A stretch of DNA of 63,541 nt, filler included, from Octopus bimaculoides (GCF_001194135.2; 6 parts of 6 records of this genome joined end to end with filler, not necessarily neighbours in it), one strand, 5' to 3'; counted from the whole stretch's first letter, positions 38,249-50,436 are shown. The notes: a model not told the origin generated them from the letters alone. A program made the numbers and translations.

Positions 38249-39008
38249 NNNNNNNNNNNNNNNNNNNNNNNNNNNNNNNNNNNNNNNNNNNNNNNNNNNN
38301 NNNNNNNNNNNNNNNNNNNNNNNNNNNNNNNNNNNNNNNNNNNNNNNNNNNNNNNNNNNNNNNNNNNNNNNNNNNNNNNNNNNNNNNNNNNNNNNNNNNN
38401 NNNNNNNNNNNNNNNNNNNNNNNNNNNNNNNNNNNNNNNNNNNNNNNNNNNNNNNNNNNNNNNNNNNNNNNNNNNNNNNNNNNNNNNNNNNNNNNNNNNN
38501 NNNNNNNNNNNNNNNNNNNNNNNNNNNNNNNNNNNNNNNNNNNNNNNNNNNNNNNNNNNNNNNNNNNNNNNNNNNNNNNNNNNNNNNNNNNNNNNNNNNN
38601 NNNNNNNNNNNNNNNNNNNNNNNNNNNNNNNNNNNNNNNNNNNNNNNNNNNNNNNNNNNNNNNNNNNNNNNNNNNNNNNNNNNNNNNNNNNNNNNNNNNN
38701 NNNNNNNNNNNNNNNNNNNNNNNNNNNNNNNNNNNNNNNNNNNNNNNNNNNNNNNNNNNNNNNNNNNNNNNNNNNNNNNNNNNNNNNNNNNNNNNNNNNN
38801 NNNNNNNNNNNNNNNNNNNNNNNNNNNNNNNNNNNNNNNNNNNNNNNNNNNNNNNNNNNNNNNNNNNNNNNNNNNNNNNNNNNNNNNNNNNNNNNNNNNN
38901 NNNNNNNNNNNNNNNNNNNNNNNNNNNNNNNNNNNNNNNNNNNNNNNNNNNNNNNNNNNNNNNNNNNNNNNNNNNNNNNNNNNNNNNNNNNNNNNNNNNN
39001 NNNNNNNT

Positions 39009-39146
39009 AGGAAGGGCATCCAGCTGTAGAAACTCTGCCAAATCAGACTGGAGCCTGGTGTTGCCATCCGGTTTCACCAGTCCTCAGTCAAATCGTCCAA
39101 CCCATGCTAGCATGGAAAGCGGACGTTAAACGATGATGATGATGAT
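39009..39146 (+). mobile_element. RTE LINE 3' tail ending in (GAT)n
   Basis: aggaagggcatccagctgtagaaactctgcc...ggacgttaaacgatgatgatgat. Confidence 0.9.
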
Positions 39147-39155
39147 ATATAAACG

Positions 39156-39385
39156 GGTGAGCTGGCAGAAACGTTAGTACGCCGGGTGAAATGCTTAGCG
39201 GTATTTCGTCTGCTGCTACGCTCTGAGTTCAAATTCCACCGAGGTCGGCTTTGCCTTTCATCCTTTCGGGGTCGATTAAATAAGTACCAGTTACGCACTG
39301 GGGTCGATATAATCGACTTAATCCGTTTGTTTGTCCTTGTTTGTCCCCTCTGTGTATAGCCCCTTGTGGGTAGTAAAGAAATAAT
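39156..39385 (+). mobile_element. SINE family B, young-looking full copy
   Basis: Intact head gagctggcagaaacgttag, B box gagttcaaattcc, tail gtaaagaaata. Confidence 0.92.
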
Positions 39386-39449
39386 ATATATAAACATATT
39401 AATACACATGTATTTATACACACACACAGATATATGAAAATATACATAC

Positions 39450-39500
39450 TTCCAGTTTCATTTTGGAAAATTGTGCTTTAGAAAGAACCAAGAGAGTTCC
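39450..39500 (-). CDS. Candidate 51-nt symmetric (phase 0-0) coding exon, product unknown
   Basis: Acceptor gaatttttgtcaatttag, donor GAA|gtatgt; GTLLVLSKAQFSKMKLE. Confidence 0.4.
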
Positions 39501-40218
39501 CTAAATTGACAAAAATTCTGCTGAAACTGACAAAAAAATGTAGTGCTCGGTATTGCATATTGGTCTACTATAATATATCAGTTAAAAAATTTAATATATT
39601 ACACCAAAAGTTTGATAATATTATATTAAAGCCAGTGACAGAAGCCAGAGTTATCCTCGAAGAAAGCATGTGGTGATAACTCCTACTTTCATAGCCTTCC
39701 ATGTGTAAAGAGTAATCTATTTTTCTTTGAAACAAAACTTCTTCATACATGAACATATACTGGAATTCTTTCTCATGGGAATAAGTATCCTATTCATTTT
39801 GTTTATTCTGCTTTTATCTTTGGTAACACCGGTTGAAAAATTTAAATTAAGACGTAGTGTATGTTTACATTCTATTTGAAAATTTACGTTAGTGAATTCA
39901 TTACGAAACCTCTTCTTTTTATCACTATTGTTTCTCATTTAACTTTTTCTTACAGCAACCTCTTCATTTCTATTCTATTTGAAAAATTTCCGGCAGTGAA
40001 TTTATTACGAAACCTCTTTCTTTTCATTTTATCTTTTTTCTTACAGTGACCCTCTCGCTCTATACCTTTCATTTTTCTCTTTCTTTCATATCTTTGTTAC
40101 CTGCTCTTCCCCTCTCTGTTTCATACCTTCCTCCCTCCTCTATGCTTCCCTTTCATATCTTGCTCTTTTTCCCGCTTCTCTCTCCCTCCCTTTATCTCTC
40201 TTTACACCTACCTCTCTC

Positions 40219-41042
40219 GGATCTTTTTGGTTTGACGGGCAACATTTTTCATTTATGTTTTATGTAGTGTTTTTGGTACCGAAACACTTTCAAATTTCGA
40301 ATAGTTGTATATTTTGTGTTATAGAACAGATAAAAATGTTTGTATTCGAAGTTATTTCATGTAAAAAATTGTCGTATTTCGGTAATTTCAACCAATCATT
40401 GACGTCTATTGAGGTGAAAACAATTACTGCCGTGGAATGTAAACAATGGTGTCATGGGATCTTTTCCCTTGAATAAAATTAGTGCCGTTGTTTGTCAACA
40501 ACAACTATCAGCGGTATATATTTCGTTTGTCACTGTTATTTATGACATCGTTCGTGCGTTTGTACTGGTTTTAGCTTTAGGGTTTTAGGGTTAGGGTTCG
40601 GGTTTCAGAGTTAGGGTTAGTTTTAGGATTACGGTTAAGGTTATGATTATTTTTGCCATAACCTTAACCCTAACCCTAAAACTCGTAATCATAACCCTAA
40701 CCCTAACTCTAACCCCAACCCTAAAACCCGAACCCTAACTCTAAAACTCTAAACCCTTACTAGGGAATAATGATATAATTAAACAGGGAATAACACACTT
40801 GACACCGGCAAAAAATTATTGTTTACAAAACAGCACTAACTGTATTCAGCTGAATAGACGTCAGTGATTGGTTGAAATTACAGAAATACGACAACTTTAA
40901 CATGAAATAACTTGCGATGTACAATTTTTTGTTAAGAAGGCTAAGAGAAAAAGTTGTTTTATATGACACATTCTACCAGTGTCCCAAGTTTGAAAGTGTT
41001 TCGTTAAGAAAACAAGTGTTGCCTGTCAAACCAAAAAGATCC
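40219..41042. mobile_element. 824-bp Merlin-like non-autonomous foldback element with a telomere-repeat palindrome core
   Basis: Terminal inverted repeat GGATCTTTTTGGTTTGAC(G/A)GGCAACA (1 mismatch in 26), further inverted blocks inside, exact 8-bp TSD CCTCTCTC (40211-40218 and 41043-41050). Confidence 0.8.
40570..40757. repeat. Head-to-head degenerate (TTAGGG)n / (CCCTAA)n arrays
   Basis: Central stem ggttaaggttatg (40633-40645) pairs with cataaccttaacc (40657-40669); the TTCGGG variant is mirrored as CCCGAA. Confidence 0.9.
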
Positions 41043-41429
41043 CCTCTCTCTTTCACATCTTCCTCTTTTTCTCTCCTCTCTCCCTTTCATATCTTCCTCC
41101 TTTTCCCACTTCTCTCTCTCTTCCTTTGTCTCTCTCTACATCTACTTCTCACCCTCTCATCTCCCCCTCTACCTCATATATTTCTCATTTTCCCTCCTCT
41201 TCTCACTCCGTCTTTCCCTTTCTCTCACATCCTTCATTCTTTCTTCTCTCCTTCACTATCTCTCTTTCTCTTCCCCTCCTCTTCTTACCTCTATCTTACT
41301 ATCACTTCATACCCCCTTTCTCTTTCTTCATATCACTCTCTCTCCTTCATATCTCCCTCTCTCTTTCCCTCTCCCTCCCTCTGTCTTTCTTCCTCTCTAC
41401 CTCCCTCTGTTCTCACTTCCTTTCTATCC

Positions 41430-42250
41430 CCCCCTCCCCTTCTGGGCTTAATAATGAAAATGACATCAAAGTGGGAGAGCTAAGAATTGAATCTTATGTT
41501 GCAAGCATGGATGATTGTTAGCTAAACAATATCACTGAAGAAGAATGGCTTCTGCTGTAGAGCCATTGAGCAGATAGAGCAGAAGAAAAATAAATTCATC
41601 TGATCCTATGCCCTTATTAGGCCACACATTGACACTCGTGATGGGCTGATAGGGATAGGGAAAACAAAGCAAAAACCAGAAGTCTCTTTGATCCTGTGGT
41701 CCCTTTAAAGAATGGATCCCCCACTCCTTTGAACAACAAGGCTGATAAGGATAGGGAAGCTGAGAAAGGAATAACCAGAAGTCCCTCTGTGCCAATGGTC
41801 CTACAAAGGAGTGGAGTCCTCACCCTATTGGACAACTAAAGGAAAGCAAGTGTTACCATCAGAAAAGGAAGGAAAGAACATAAACACAAACATAAAGAAG
41901 GAAGGGGAGAAAAAAGAAAAGGAAAAGATGAAATAACTAAAACCAAAATCCCAAACCAACAAACAGAAAGCTCAAATATGGAGGCTCGAATGGAATCCAA
42001 AACCCTAGAGGAGAGAAGAAATTTGGAGTGAAGTCAAGGACATGCAAATTTTACCTGCAAGGAAAATGTTGGCATGGGGAAGACAGTACAAACTGCTGGT
42101 TTGTTCACCTGAGACTCCACCAAAACTACAGGGACCTTAAGGAGAAATACTTCCCTGAGGGAAGGCACTAATCGTCTCTAAAGAAAATAAAATACAAATC
42201 CAGTGCACTATTCAGATGTTATGTGCAAGGCAGCAGCTGAGCAAGCATCT
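41430..42250 (+). mobile_element. Probable ORF1 relic of the CR1-type LINE, with a CCCH-like finger
   Basis: CKFYLQGKCWHGKT..NCWFVH at about 42040-42110; internal short duplications; lies directly upstream of the APE domain. Confidence 0.5.
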
Positions 42251-42388
42251 TTTTTGTGCATGGTGCAAAAGATTGTGCAGCAGCTGACGTGGCTACATCA
42301 AGTGCAAACAAGGAACCTTGCCCACCATTGTTACACAAGACCATCATAATCAACAGACATGGGTTGGCCTTCCCTAACGCCTGCACAG

Positions 42389-44705
42389 TCATGACACCAA
42401 TATTTTTACTAAATATTGGGGGACTGTTGCATTATAACAAAAGAAGCAAAATTTTTTTCTTGAGAGACCTTGCTGCATGCAATCAAGTCCTATGCATAGC
42501 ACTAATGGAAACTCATCTTTGCCTTGATATAGAGGATGCAGAAGTACACAAAACAAAAGGAAGAGGAGCCATAATGGAGTTGCTGTATACATTCGTGAAG
42601 ACCTCACACCCCAAATCTTACTGTCACACTCAAATTCAGTATGTGACACTCTAATTGTATACATAAGACAACACAATATAGTCATATGCAATACATATTG
42701 TCCAAACCACATAGGCAAGTTTGAAGATTGCCTCATAAGAATGAAAGAAATCCTCATGAAACTGGAACACCATGTGAGTGTATTTCTTTTCAGTGATTTC
42801 AACTTCCCCAATGTCAAATGGCCCGAAGGCCTCATGCTCTCAGGAATGACTACTTGCAAACAATCGCAGGTGGAGTCCTTGCTCAACCTCACCAATGCCC
42901 TATTCATGGAGCAAGTTGTGCTCAGACCAACTAGGGCGAATAACATTTTGGATCTCTGCTTCACAAACAATATCAACATCGTTCATGATGTGAAAGTGAT
43001 GCTGACATTAGTTTCAGATCACAACGTAATAGAGCTGTCTATGTATGGACCAAAAGCACCCGAAATCTCTCCAATCTGAACTTCCAGAAAGCAGACTGGA
43101 AATCGATCCAAAAAGAGATCTTCAGACAAGACTGGCCGAAATTGGCATGGAAGTAGAATATGTGATGTATGTTATTCAAACAATATGCCAAAAATATGTC
43201 CCTGAGCACAAGGCCATCACAAAAAGGAGCAAGATTCCAAGGGAGAGGAAAATCCTCATGAGATGACGGACGATGGTTGCAAATTGCTTCAACCAACATT
43301 CCAAAAGTAGTGAAAGGTCCTGCCTAAAAACAACACTGATGGAGATCAGACAAAGAAGCCTGAGTTATAAAAAACATTAAGTCAAACCCAAAGGCCTTCT
43401 CTCATTATGCGAAAGAAACAGCCTCAGTATGCTGCAAAATAGGACCCCTCTTCCAAAAGGATGGTTCCCACACAGATAGTCCAACCATGATCAGTGAGGT
43501 ACTGATTGACCGGTTCAAAAATGTCTTTACCACCCTGTTGAAACACAGACAAGGGAACGAACCAGTTGATTTCTTTTCCACCTCACCTTAAACCAGTGAG
43601 GCACTTACAATGGATTTCATGATATGCCAGAAACTACGTGATCTGTCATAGCTGGAAAACTTGGAGGGTGGTTACATGACTTTCTGAAAGATAGAAGCCA
43701 GGCAGTAGTTGCCAATGAAGCCACCTCAAAGAAAACACAAATAGTAAGCAGTGTTCCACTGGGCACTGTCTTGGGACCACTGCTTTTCATTGTGACCCTC
43801 TCAGATATGCCCTTAGCTGCCCAGATAGCCACCCTTGCTAGCTACACAAAAATCTCATAGAAAATACAGAACTGCAGCAGGAGTTGGACTCAATTTGCAG
43901 ATAGGCTGAGGAAAATAATATGCAGTTTAGTGCTGAAACATTCCGAGCCCCGCACTACCAGCATCCAACACTGAATATAAAACTTACAGGGTACACTGGT
44001 CTACAAGGGATTACAATGAGCGACCTGGGTATCGACATGACTGATGCTACCACTTTCTAAGTGCATATTACCAGATGGTAACAAAGTGCAGATGACTGGA
44101 TGGATGGATTGTGAGAACATTCAGAACCAGAGAGAAGGAAACCATGATAGTCCTCAGCTGTCTGGATTATTGATCCCAGCTGTGGTCACCCAACAGTGTA
44201 AGAAGCAATCTAGCAAACCTTCACAAAGACGATATTCATATTGCAACACCTCAGTTACTGGAAAAAGCTGAAACAGCTAAGACTATACTCCCAGAGTGAA
44301 GGTGGGAGAGGTATGCAGTAATATACATCTAGAAGATCCTGGAAAGAATTGTGCCAAATTTTGGCATTGAAAGCTACACAAATGTCAGAATGGGTCGGCA
44401 CTACACACTGCCAAAGGTCCCAGCAATGCCATCACGCTTCAAGACCAACCTGGCTTTCAGGGGCCACCTTTTTAATATTCTCCCAAACAGCCTGAGGGAC
44501 CTATACAAAGTGGATGAAGCTGTTTTCAAATCAAAACTGGACCTCTTCCTGTCGAGAGTCCCAAATGAACTTACCTCATGGTAAGAGGGGCAAATAAGGG
44601 TAGCGACATCAAACTCCCTTATTCACCAAATGCCACATATTAGAGGAGACTCAATAATAACAGAGTAGCTAAACGGCAGTACCCCAGTTTAGCCACAGCT
44701 GAAAC
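42389..44705 (+). mobile_element. CR1-type LINE ORF2 (APE plus RT), decayed, with an internal RT deletion
   Basis: IALMETHL, SDFNFPNVKW, PTRANNILDLCFTN, VPLGTVLGPLLF, FKSKLDLFLSRVP. Confidence 0.9.
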
Positions 44706-44946
44706 TGGAATATATATATATATATATATANNNNNNNNNNNNNNNNNNNNNNNNNNNNNNNNNNNNNNNNNNNNTTAATTAATTAANNNNNNNNNNNNNN
44801 NNNNNNNNNNNNNNNNNNNNNNNNNNNNNNATATATATATACTTGGAAAAAGATGCGTGGCGTTCGATCATATAGCAATATAAATATATGCATACATACA
44901 TACGTATATGTACATACCAACATATATATGTATATGTATGTATACA

Positions 44947-45115
44947 TGTCCCCAACCAGACAAGAATGCGGTGCGAATATCTCCAGCAACTATAGACTGT
45001 CCTACTTCTTCTCACGTGTATTGCAACCTCTCATAGAGATGTCTCCAGATGTCTTTGTGAGCACGGAAGATCTCCTCAATAAAATCATTACTTGTAACCA
45101 CTCCAACGACCTCAT
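44947..45115 (+). mobile_element. Probable Penelope-like RT N-terminal fragment between microsatellites
   Basis: NISSNYRLSYFFSRVLQPLIEMSPDVFVSTEDLLNKI resembles the PLE LSxFLxxxLxPL...SxxDLL region. Confidence 0.45.
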
Positions 45116-45306
45116 ATATGTGTATATATATATATACACATACTTATATATACTCCTTCAAGTTCATAAAATGAGAGAAGAATGCTCGATACGTGCAGAG
45201 GATATGGTTTTTATTGAAACTGAAACTGTGAGTCTAAGAGTTCGTTTGGCATGTATGTCTGTATATGTTTGTGCGTGTGTGTTTGTTTGCATGTGCGTTT
45301 GTGTGA

Positions 45307-45343
<37 letters not shown>

Positions 45344-45586
45344 TGTGTGTGTGCACATACATGTGTATGCTAGTGTATGCTAGTCAATTACCGCCTTATC
45401 TCATTTATCTCTCAAACTATCAAATTACTCTACATGGAGGTAAGATTTTTAAAAAATGGCTGTTATCATAGGAAGAAATCCTTGACATTCCAGCCAGCAT
45501 GATTTCCGTCGTAGCAGAGATTTCCTAACACAATTTCTACAACAATTTTATACTTTAAATGTTCAAGGAAGGGGAACTAATGCATA

Positions 45587-45910
45587 CGAGGTCTGATCAA
45601 TAAGTATCCGGACTGTAGTAACGAAGCTAAAGTACGCAGAGTGAAGCCGTTCTAGCTCTCTTCCGCTGTTTAAAGCAATGCTTGGAATGAAAGTGTGGAA
45701 CGTTTGATTATCACATTGACCATGACAGAGAAAGTTGTCATGGCGATACCTGCTCAGAGGCCTATGCAAAAATGCAGAAAGTGTATGGAGAGGAGTGTAT
45801 GAACCGCACACAAGTGGACGAGTCGTTCAGAGCTTTCCAAGATTGCCGAAAAATTTCAAAATTGGCGAACGTTCCGGGAGAAAAGTCATCGCAACGTTCT
45901 GAACAGAATT
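45587..45910 (+). mobile_element. mariner 5' fragment, second subfamily
   Basis: TA|CGAGGTCTGATCAATAAGTATCCGGAC terminal repeat; SEAYAKMQKVYGEECMNRTQV HTH remnant. Confidence 0.8.
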
Positions 45911-46435
45911 GAACTGAATTGGCCACGTAAATAAATTATTCATACCTCATATATTTAATTTTATCTGATTTAATAACCAGTAGTTGTACACAATATCGGA
46001 ACATCACAAGATCATAATCCTCATGAAGCTAATGTTACAAAAAACACTTTGACCTATTTGAAGGTTTAGTACACTTATTTCGGACATAATTCCACTGTCA
46101 CGATGAGGCCAACCTTTTAATAGTTTTTTTATAGCGGTATTAATTTTCCAAATCTCCCTCGCACATTCTTTTCTCTCAAAAGCTATATTATCCTAGCAAA
46201 ATAACGTCAGCCAAGCCTACATGCACATTGCTTCCTTCAGAACACATCTGCAAACAGAACTAGAAAAAAAATTGCATAGATTGCTAACCAGCCGGAAATA
46301 GCTGATTGAAAATGCAACAGAAATGTGCGACGGAGGGATTTAAGCTTAATATAGTGTATAACTGACTGTAGAAAAAAATATGCAGATGTACTAATCTCTG
46401 TATTCAACGTAATCGTCTTTATATATATATATATA

Positions 46436-46572
46436 ATCCACTCACAAGGCTTTGATCGGCACGAGGCTACAGTAGAAGATACTTGCCGAAGGTGCAGCGC
46501 AGTGGGACTGAACCTGGAACTAACCTGTGGTTGAGAAGCCAGGTTCTTATCACACAGCCACTCCTGCGCCTG
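46436..46572 (-). mobile_element. SINE family A, 5' part
   Basis: aatccactcacaaggcttt...cagtgggactgaacc...cacacagccactcctgcgcc. Confidence 0.85.
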
Positions 46573-46715
46573 TAATTAACTAGACATCCTTTGGTATTTC
46601 GTCCTGTATTTGTTTCTGATGTCTTTACGCATTTTCACTCGTTGGTGATGTCCTGTACTTGATGTATTATATATTTATACACACACGTGTGCGTGTGTGT
46701 GTGTGNNNNNNNNNN

Positions 46716-46772
<57 letters not shown>

Positions 46773-47025
46773 TGTGTGTACAGCTGGATATCTATTTATT
46801 AATCACTACAATCGTTTCCGCGCAACGTAGTTCTCCATGTGAGCAGATAATTGATTATGCAACTGTTTCCCTGCATTGTGAGATCTAGTTGTTTCCTCAG
46901 GCAATATGTAAATATTGTTTCCGTAAGATCGAAGTCCTTGGCTTGAAGAACGTCTTGTCCGTCAGTCGTGGCATGAATTTAGTAGTAGTTACTGAGTTTT
47001 TCAGGGTATGTTGGTAATAAAGGGC

Positions 47026-47085
<60 letters not shown>

Positions 47086-47092
<7 letters not shown>

Positions 47093-47270
47093 TGGAGAAA
47101 CTCTGAACTCTACATGTTTTTTTTTTCTTTTTCCCTCTGTATTTTCTTATTCCTTTCAGTCGAAGAACGCAGGCTCGAAACGTAAAAGACTTTTTCATTT
47201 TCGTGAGCGTCAAAAAATACACTTGCTTGATGTTCATACACCTGTTTTCATCTTTTGTTTTTCCATTAAT
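47086..47270 (+). mobile_element. Second copy of the hammerhead-like short repeat
   Basis: cctttcagtcgaagaacgcaggctcgaaacgtaaaagac, homologous to 2280-2450. Confidence 0.5.
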
Positions 47271-47283
47271 TTCAACTATATAC

Positions 47284-47314
<31 letters not shown>

Positions 47315-47318
47315 TATA

Positions 47319-47400
<82 letters not shown>

Positions 47401-47561
47401 CACGCATACACACACACATGCGTGTATAAGCGTATATCTATATAAATGTGCCTATATAGTTTTGTATGTATGAAGGTATGTATTCATGCCCGCGCGTGCT
47501 CGTATGTGTACGTGCGTCTGTATATGTATGTGTGCCTGTATATAAGGCATGCAAATCTTAC

Positions 47562-47716
47562 TTCAGTTACATAAGCAAATGCCAATAACTTGCCAGGTTT
47601 TAATAAATGTTTTTCACATTTATGAAAGATTACAACGATACAAATCGAAAATAAGAACAAACACTCTCTGTGCACCTTACGGCAATTACGTTTTCGCATT
47701 TCCGTTATGACATGCA
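47562..47716 (-). CDS. Candidate 155-nt coding exon, product unknown
   Basis: Acceptor cttgattcttcag, donor GAA|gtaaga. One open frame (phase 1 to 0): HVITEMRKRNCRKVHRECLFLFSICIVVIFHKCEKHLLKPGKLLAFAYVTE. Confidence 0.35.
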
Positions 47717-47904
47717 CTGAAGAATCAAGCGTTGTGAAAAATACACATATATTGTATTCATTCGGGTATAACTTTTATATTGCGCATAAAGTTGCAATGA
47801 AACAAATCACTGCTTGCAGGGTGAGTGTGATTTATTCATGAGTCTAAGAAATGTTGAACTGCGAAAGTTTGGCGACAACTTCAAAATAAAATCAGTATGG
47901 TGCG

Positions 47905-48430
47905 ACCTATCTTTTTGTATATAAAATCGAAATTTTGTGTGTGTGGGTGCGTGTGTACAAAGATTTAATGTACTTCAGTAACTTCTACGTCTTTCATCCG
48001 ATTTCTTTAAAAATGTTATACACAACTGCTTCATATCTCAGACCCGGACGTAGGCTGCTTAGCCTTTTTTAAAAAATTGATATTGGGGCCTCTAGGGCGA
48101 ACCCAGCAAGGTAAATATGTTTAAGTACACACCCACGCTTTGCAACACAAGAAGAAAAAAAAGATTTTCCGCGTGAAATCAACTTCCCTAACCTCCTACT
48201 TGCTTGTAGATCCCTCATTTTGGTGTTTCGGAAAAAATGGGGGAGATTGTGTGGGAGGGGTCATCCCGGATTTTTGGGAAAAAATTTTTTTTTTTGTAGA
48301 ATGAATTACGGTGAGCTCCTAAAATGCCATAAAACCCTGTTTTTTTCTGGAAAACAGAGGGTGGTGGTGTAAAACTCGGAAATTTCACGACCCCCTCCAG
48401 ATTTCACAGGCAAAAGATAACGAAAGAATA
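47905..48430. mobile_element. Possible non-autonomous Helitron-like relics, two converging pieces
   Basis: tc..tatataaa start, (GT)n, ccgattt, taggct and a GC-rich end near 48100; then acccacgctttgc, an end-like motif in the opposite orientation. Confidence 0.3.
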
Positions 48431-48559
48431 GTGTACGGGTAAGTTTTATTCAACAAAGTCGGTGGTGCAGTGTAGCTGAGGGGTCGACTGAAAAAATTCA
48501 ATCTCTACTCTCTCCAAGGCCGCCGGGAGCGCTGCATCATTTGTGTTAAGTCGAAAATA

Positions 48560-48965
48560 TTCCATCAATATTGCACAAATGATGTTGGCATCAATTTTAA
48601 ACCCAACCAGGACTAGCCCTCCTACCCTAGGTGCTGTCTGCCCGCTACAAAAATCGAACTCGGTACACATAGCAAACATTACGTCACAATTCCTTTACCT
48701 CAACCAGTCCAGGTCTCTTTAATACCATATCACAATACGCCAAAGCTGAAACGGATCCCATAAAATTAAAATGTTCACTGGCCAAATTTCTTCAAAAGCT
48801 CCCGGACCAACCTCCTACACCTGGATATGTCTCCAACAATAATAACTCTTTGCTAGAGTGGGCTATGGTGCCCCATATATGAGAAAAAGACTACACCAGG
48901 TGGTGCTATTGGGTTAGGCGTGGCCTGGGTCTATACTGGACCAAACCTATCAAAGTTATCAAAGT
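48560..48965 (+). mobile_element. 3' end of a second CR1-type LINE subfamily
   Basis: TLRHNSFTSTSPGLFNTI...LAKFLQKLPDQPPTPGYVSNNNNSLLEW*, then tail tatcaaagttatcaaagtta. Confidence 0.7.
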
Positions 48966-49336
48966 TATATATATATATATTCGTTTTTCAAGATTCTTGA
49001 TGTGAAATCGTGTGTTGAAACAGATATTGTTGTATTTGGGGATGGTCATGTTGCCAGTTTAGCCAATAAAAACACACGCACTATATATTTGGTGTTAAAT
49101 TGCTTCAGCCTTATTTTATTTTTTTATATTAATCGTATTTCGGCCAGAGTTCTATCATCACACTTCTGTGACCTCATCAGTGGTCCTTTGCTTTCTTCTT
49201 TCTTATTTGCGTGTCTTTCCTTACTAACGATCAGCTGATCGTTAGTATAAATATGCATGTATACATACATATACATACATATACATAAATATACACATAT
49301 ACATATATATAGATATACATGTATATACATACATGC

Positions 49337-49425
<89 letters not shown>

Positions 49426-49899
49426 CATTCATATGCATATATACACTTGCATGTATCGACATACATAGATATGTATGCACACACAAACACACGCGCACAC
49501 ACACCGACGGAAGGGTGCGCGTATGTTTGTGTTGCCGTGTGTGCGTGTGTCTGTCTGTCTCTCGGAGCTCCGTACAAAGCCAGATTATGTAGACCTGCTG
49601 ATGCGCTCTTCCACACGCAGATACCTATTATATATCAGGCATTTCTGCATACGTTTGTGTTGACGGGTAACATACTTATTCGTTCGTTGTTTGTCTTGTC
49701 TGCATACACGGATGCGTTCTACTGAGTTTTTATTTTATGTGTTTGTGTCATATGTTTTATAGATGTTCTTTTATCCCCCCCCCCCGTCTTTTCTTGTTGC
49801 ATTTCTCTTTTCTGTTTACAGAGTGAGAGAAGGAAGTTTAAGATGGATCGATGGAGAAAACACGGAAAGTTTTCAATGTTTAACTTACAATGTCAATTC

Positions 49900-50383
49900 T
49901 AATTGCACCACCACCACCACCACCACCATTATTGTCATTGTTGTCGTCATCATCATCATAACCGTCTTTTCATTCTTCTTAATATTCTTCTTCTTTTTCT
50001 TCTTCTCTCTCTTCTTCTTCTACTTCTTCTTCGTCTTCTTCTTCTTCTTCTTTTTCTTCTTCTTCTTTTTCTTCTTCTTCTTCTTCTTCTTCTTCTCTCT
50101 CTTCTTCTTCTTCTTCTTCTTCCTATTCTTCTTCTTCTTCTTCTTCTTCTTCTTCTTCTTCTCCACCTCCTTCTACCACCTCCACCGCCGCTACTATTGC
50201 TGCCACTACTACTGCTACTGCTGCTACCGCTGCCACTACTACTCCAGTCAACCCCACACGAACGACAACAGTAGCAACAGCAACAACAACTAATAATAAT
50301 AATACAACCAATATCGCAGTAGTTGCTGCTGCCGCTACTTTTAACTACTACCACTGCTATGGTCACTACTCTTGTTACTACTC

Positions 50384-50436
<53 letters not shown>

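Noticed and set aside
38133-39129. 250-310-aa ORFs; likewise 27006-27557, 53799-54497 and 61978-63333
   Set aside because: Almost entirely N-gap.
39500-39760. GPCR TM6/TM7-like remnant on the minus strand
   Set aside because: Needs several frameshifts and stops, and the motifs are too generic to support.
40570-40757. Chromosome end-to-end fusion scar
   Set aside because: The arrays lie inside an element with terminal inverted repeats and a TSD, which explains the symmetry.
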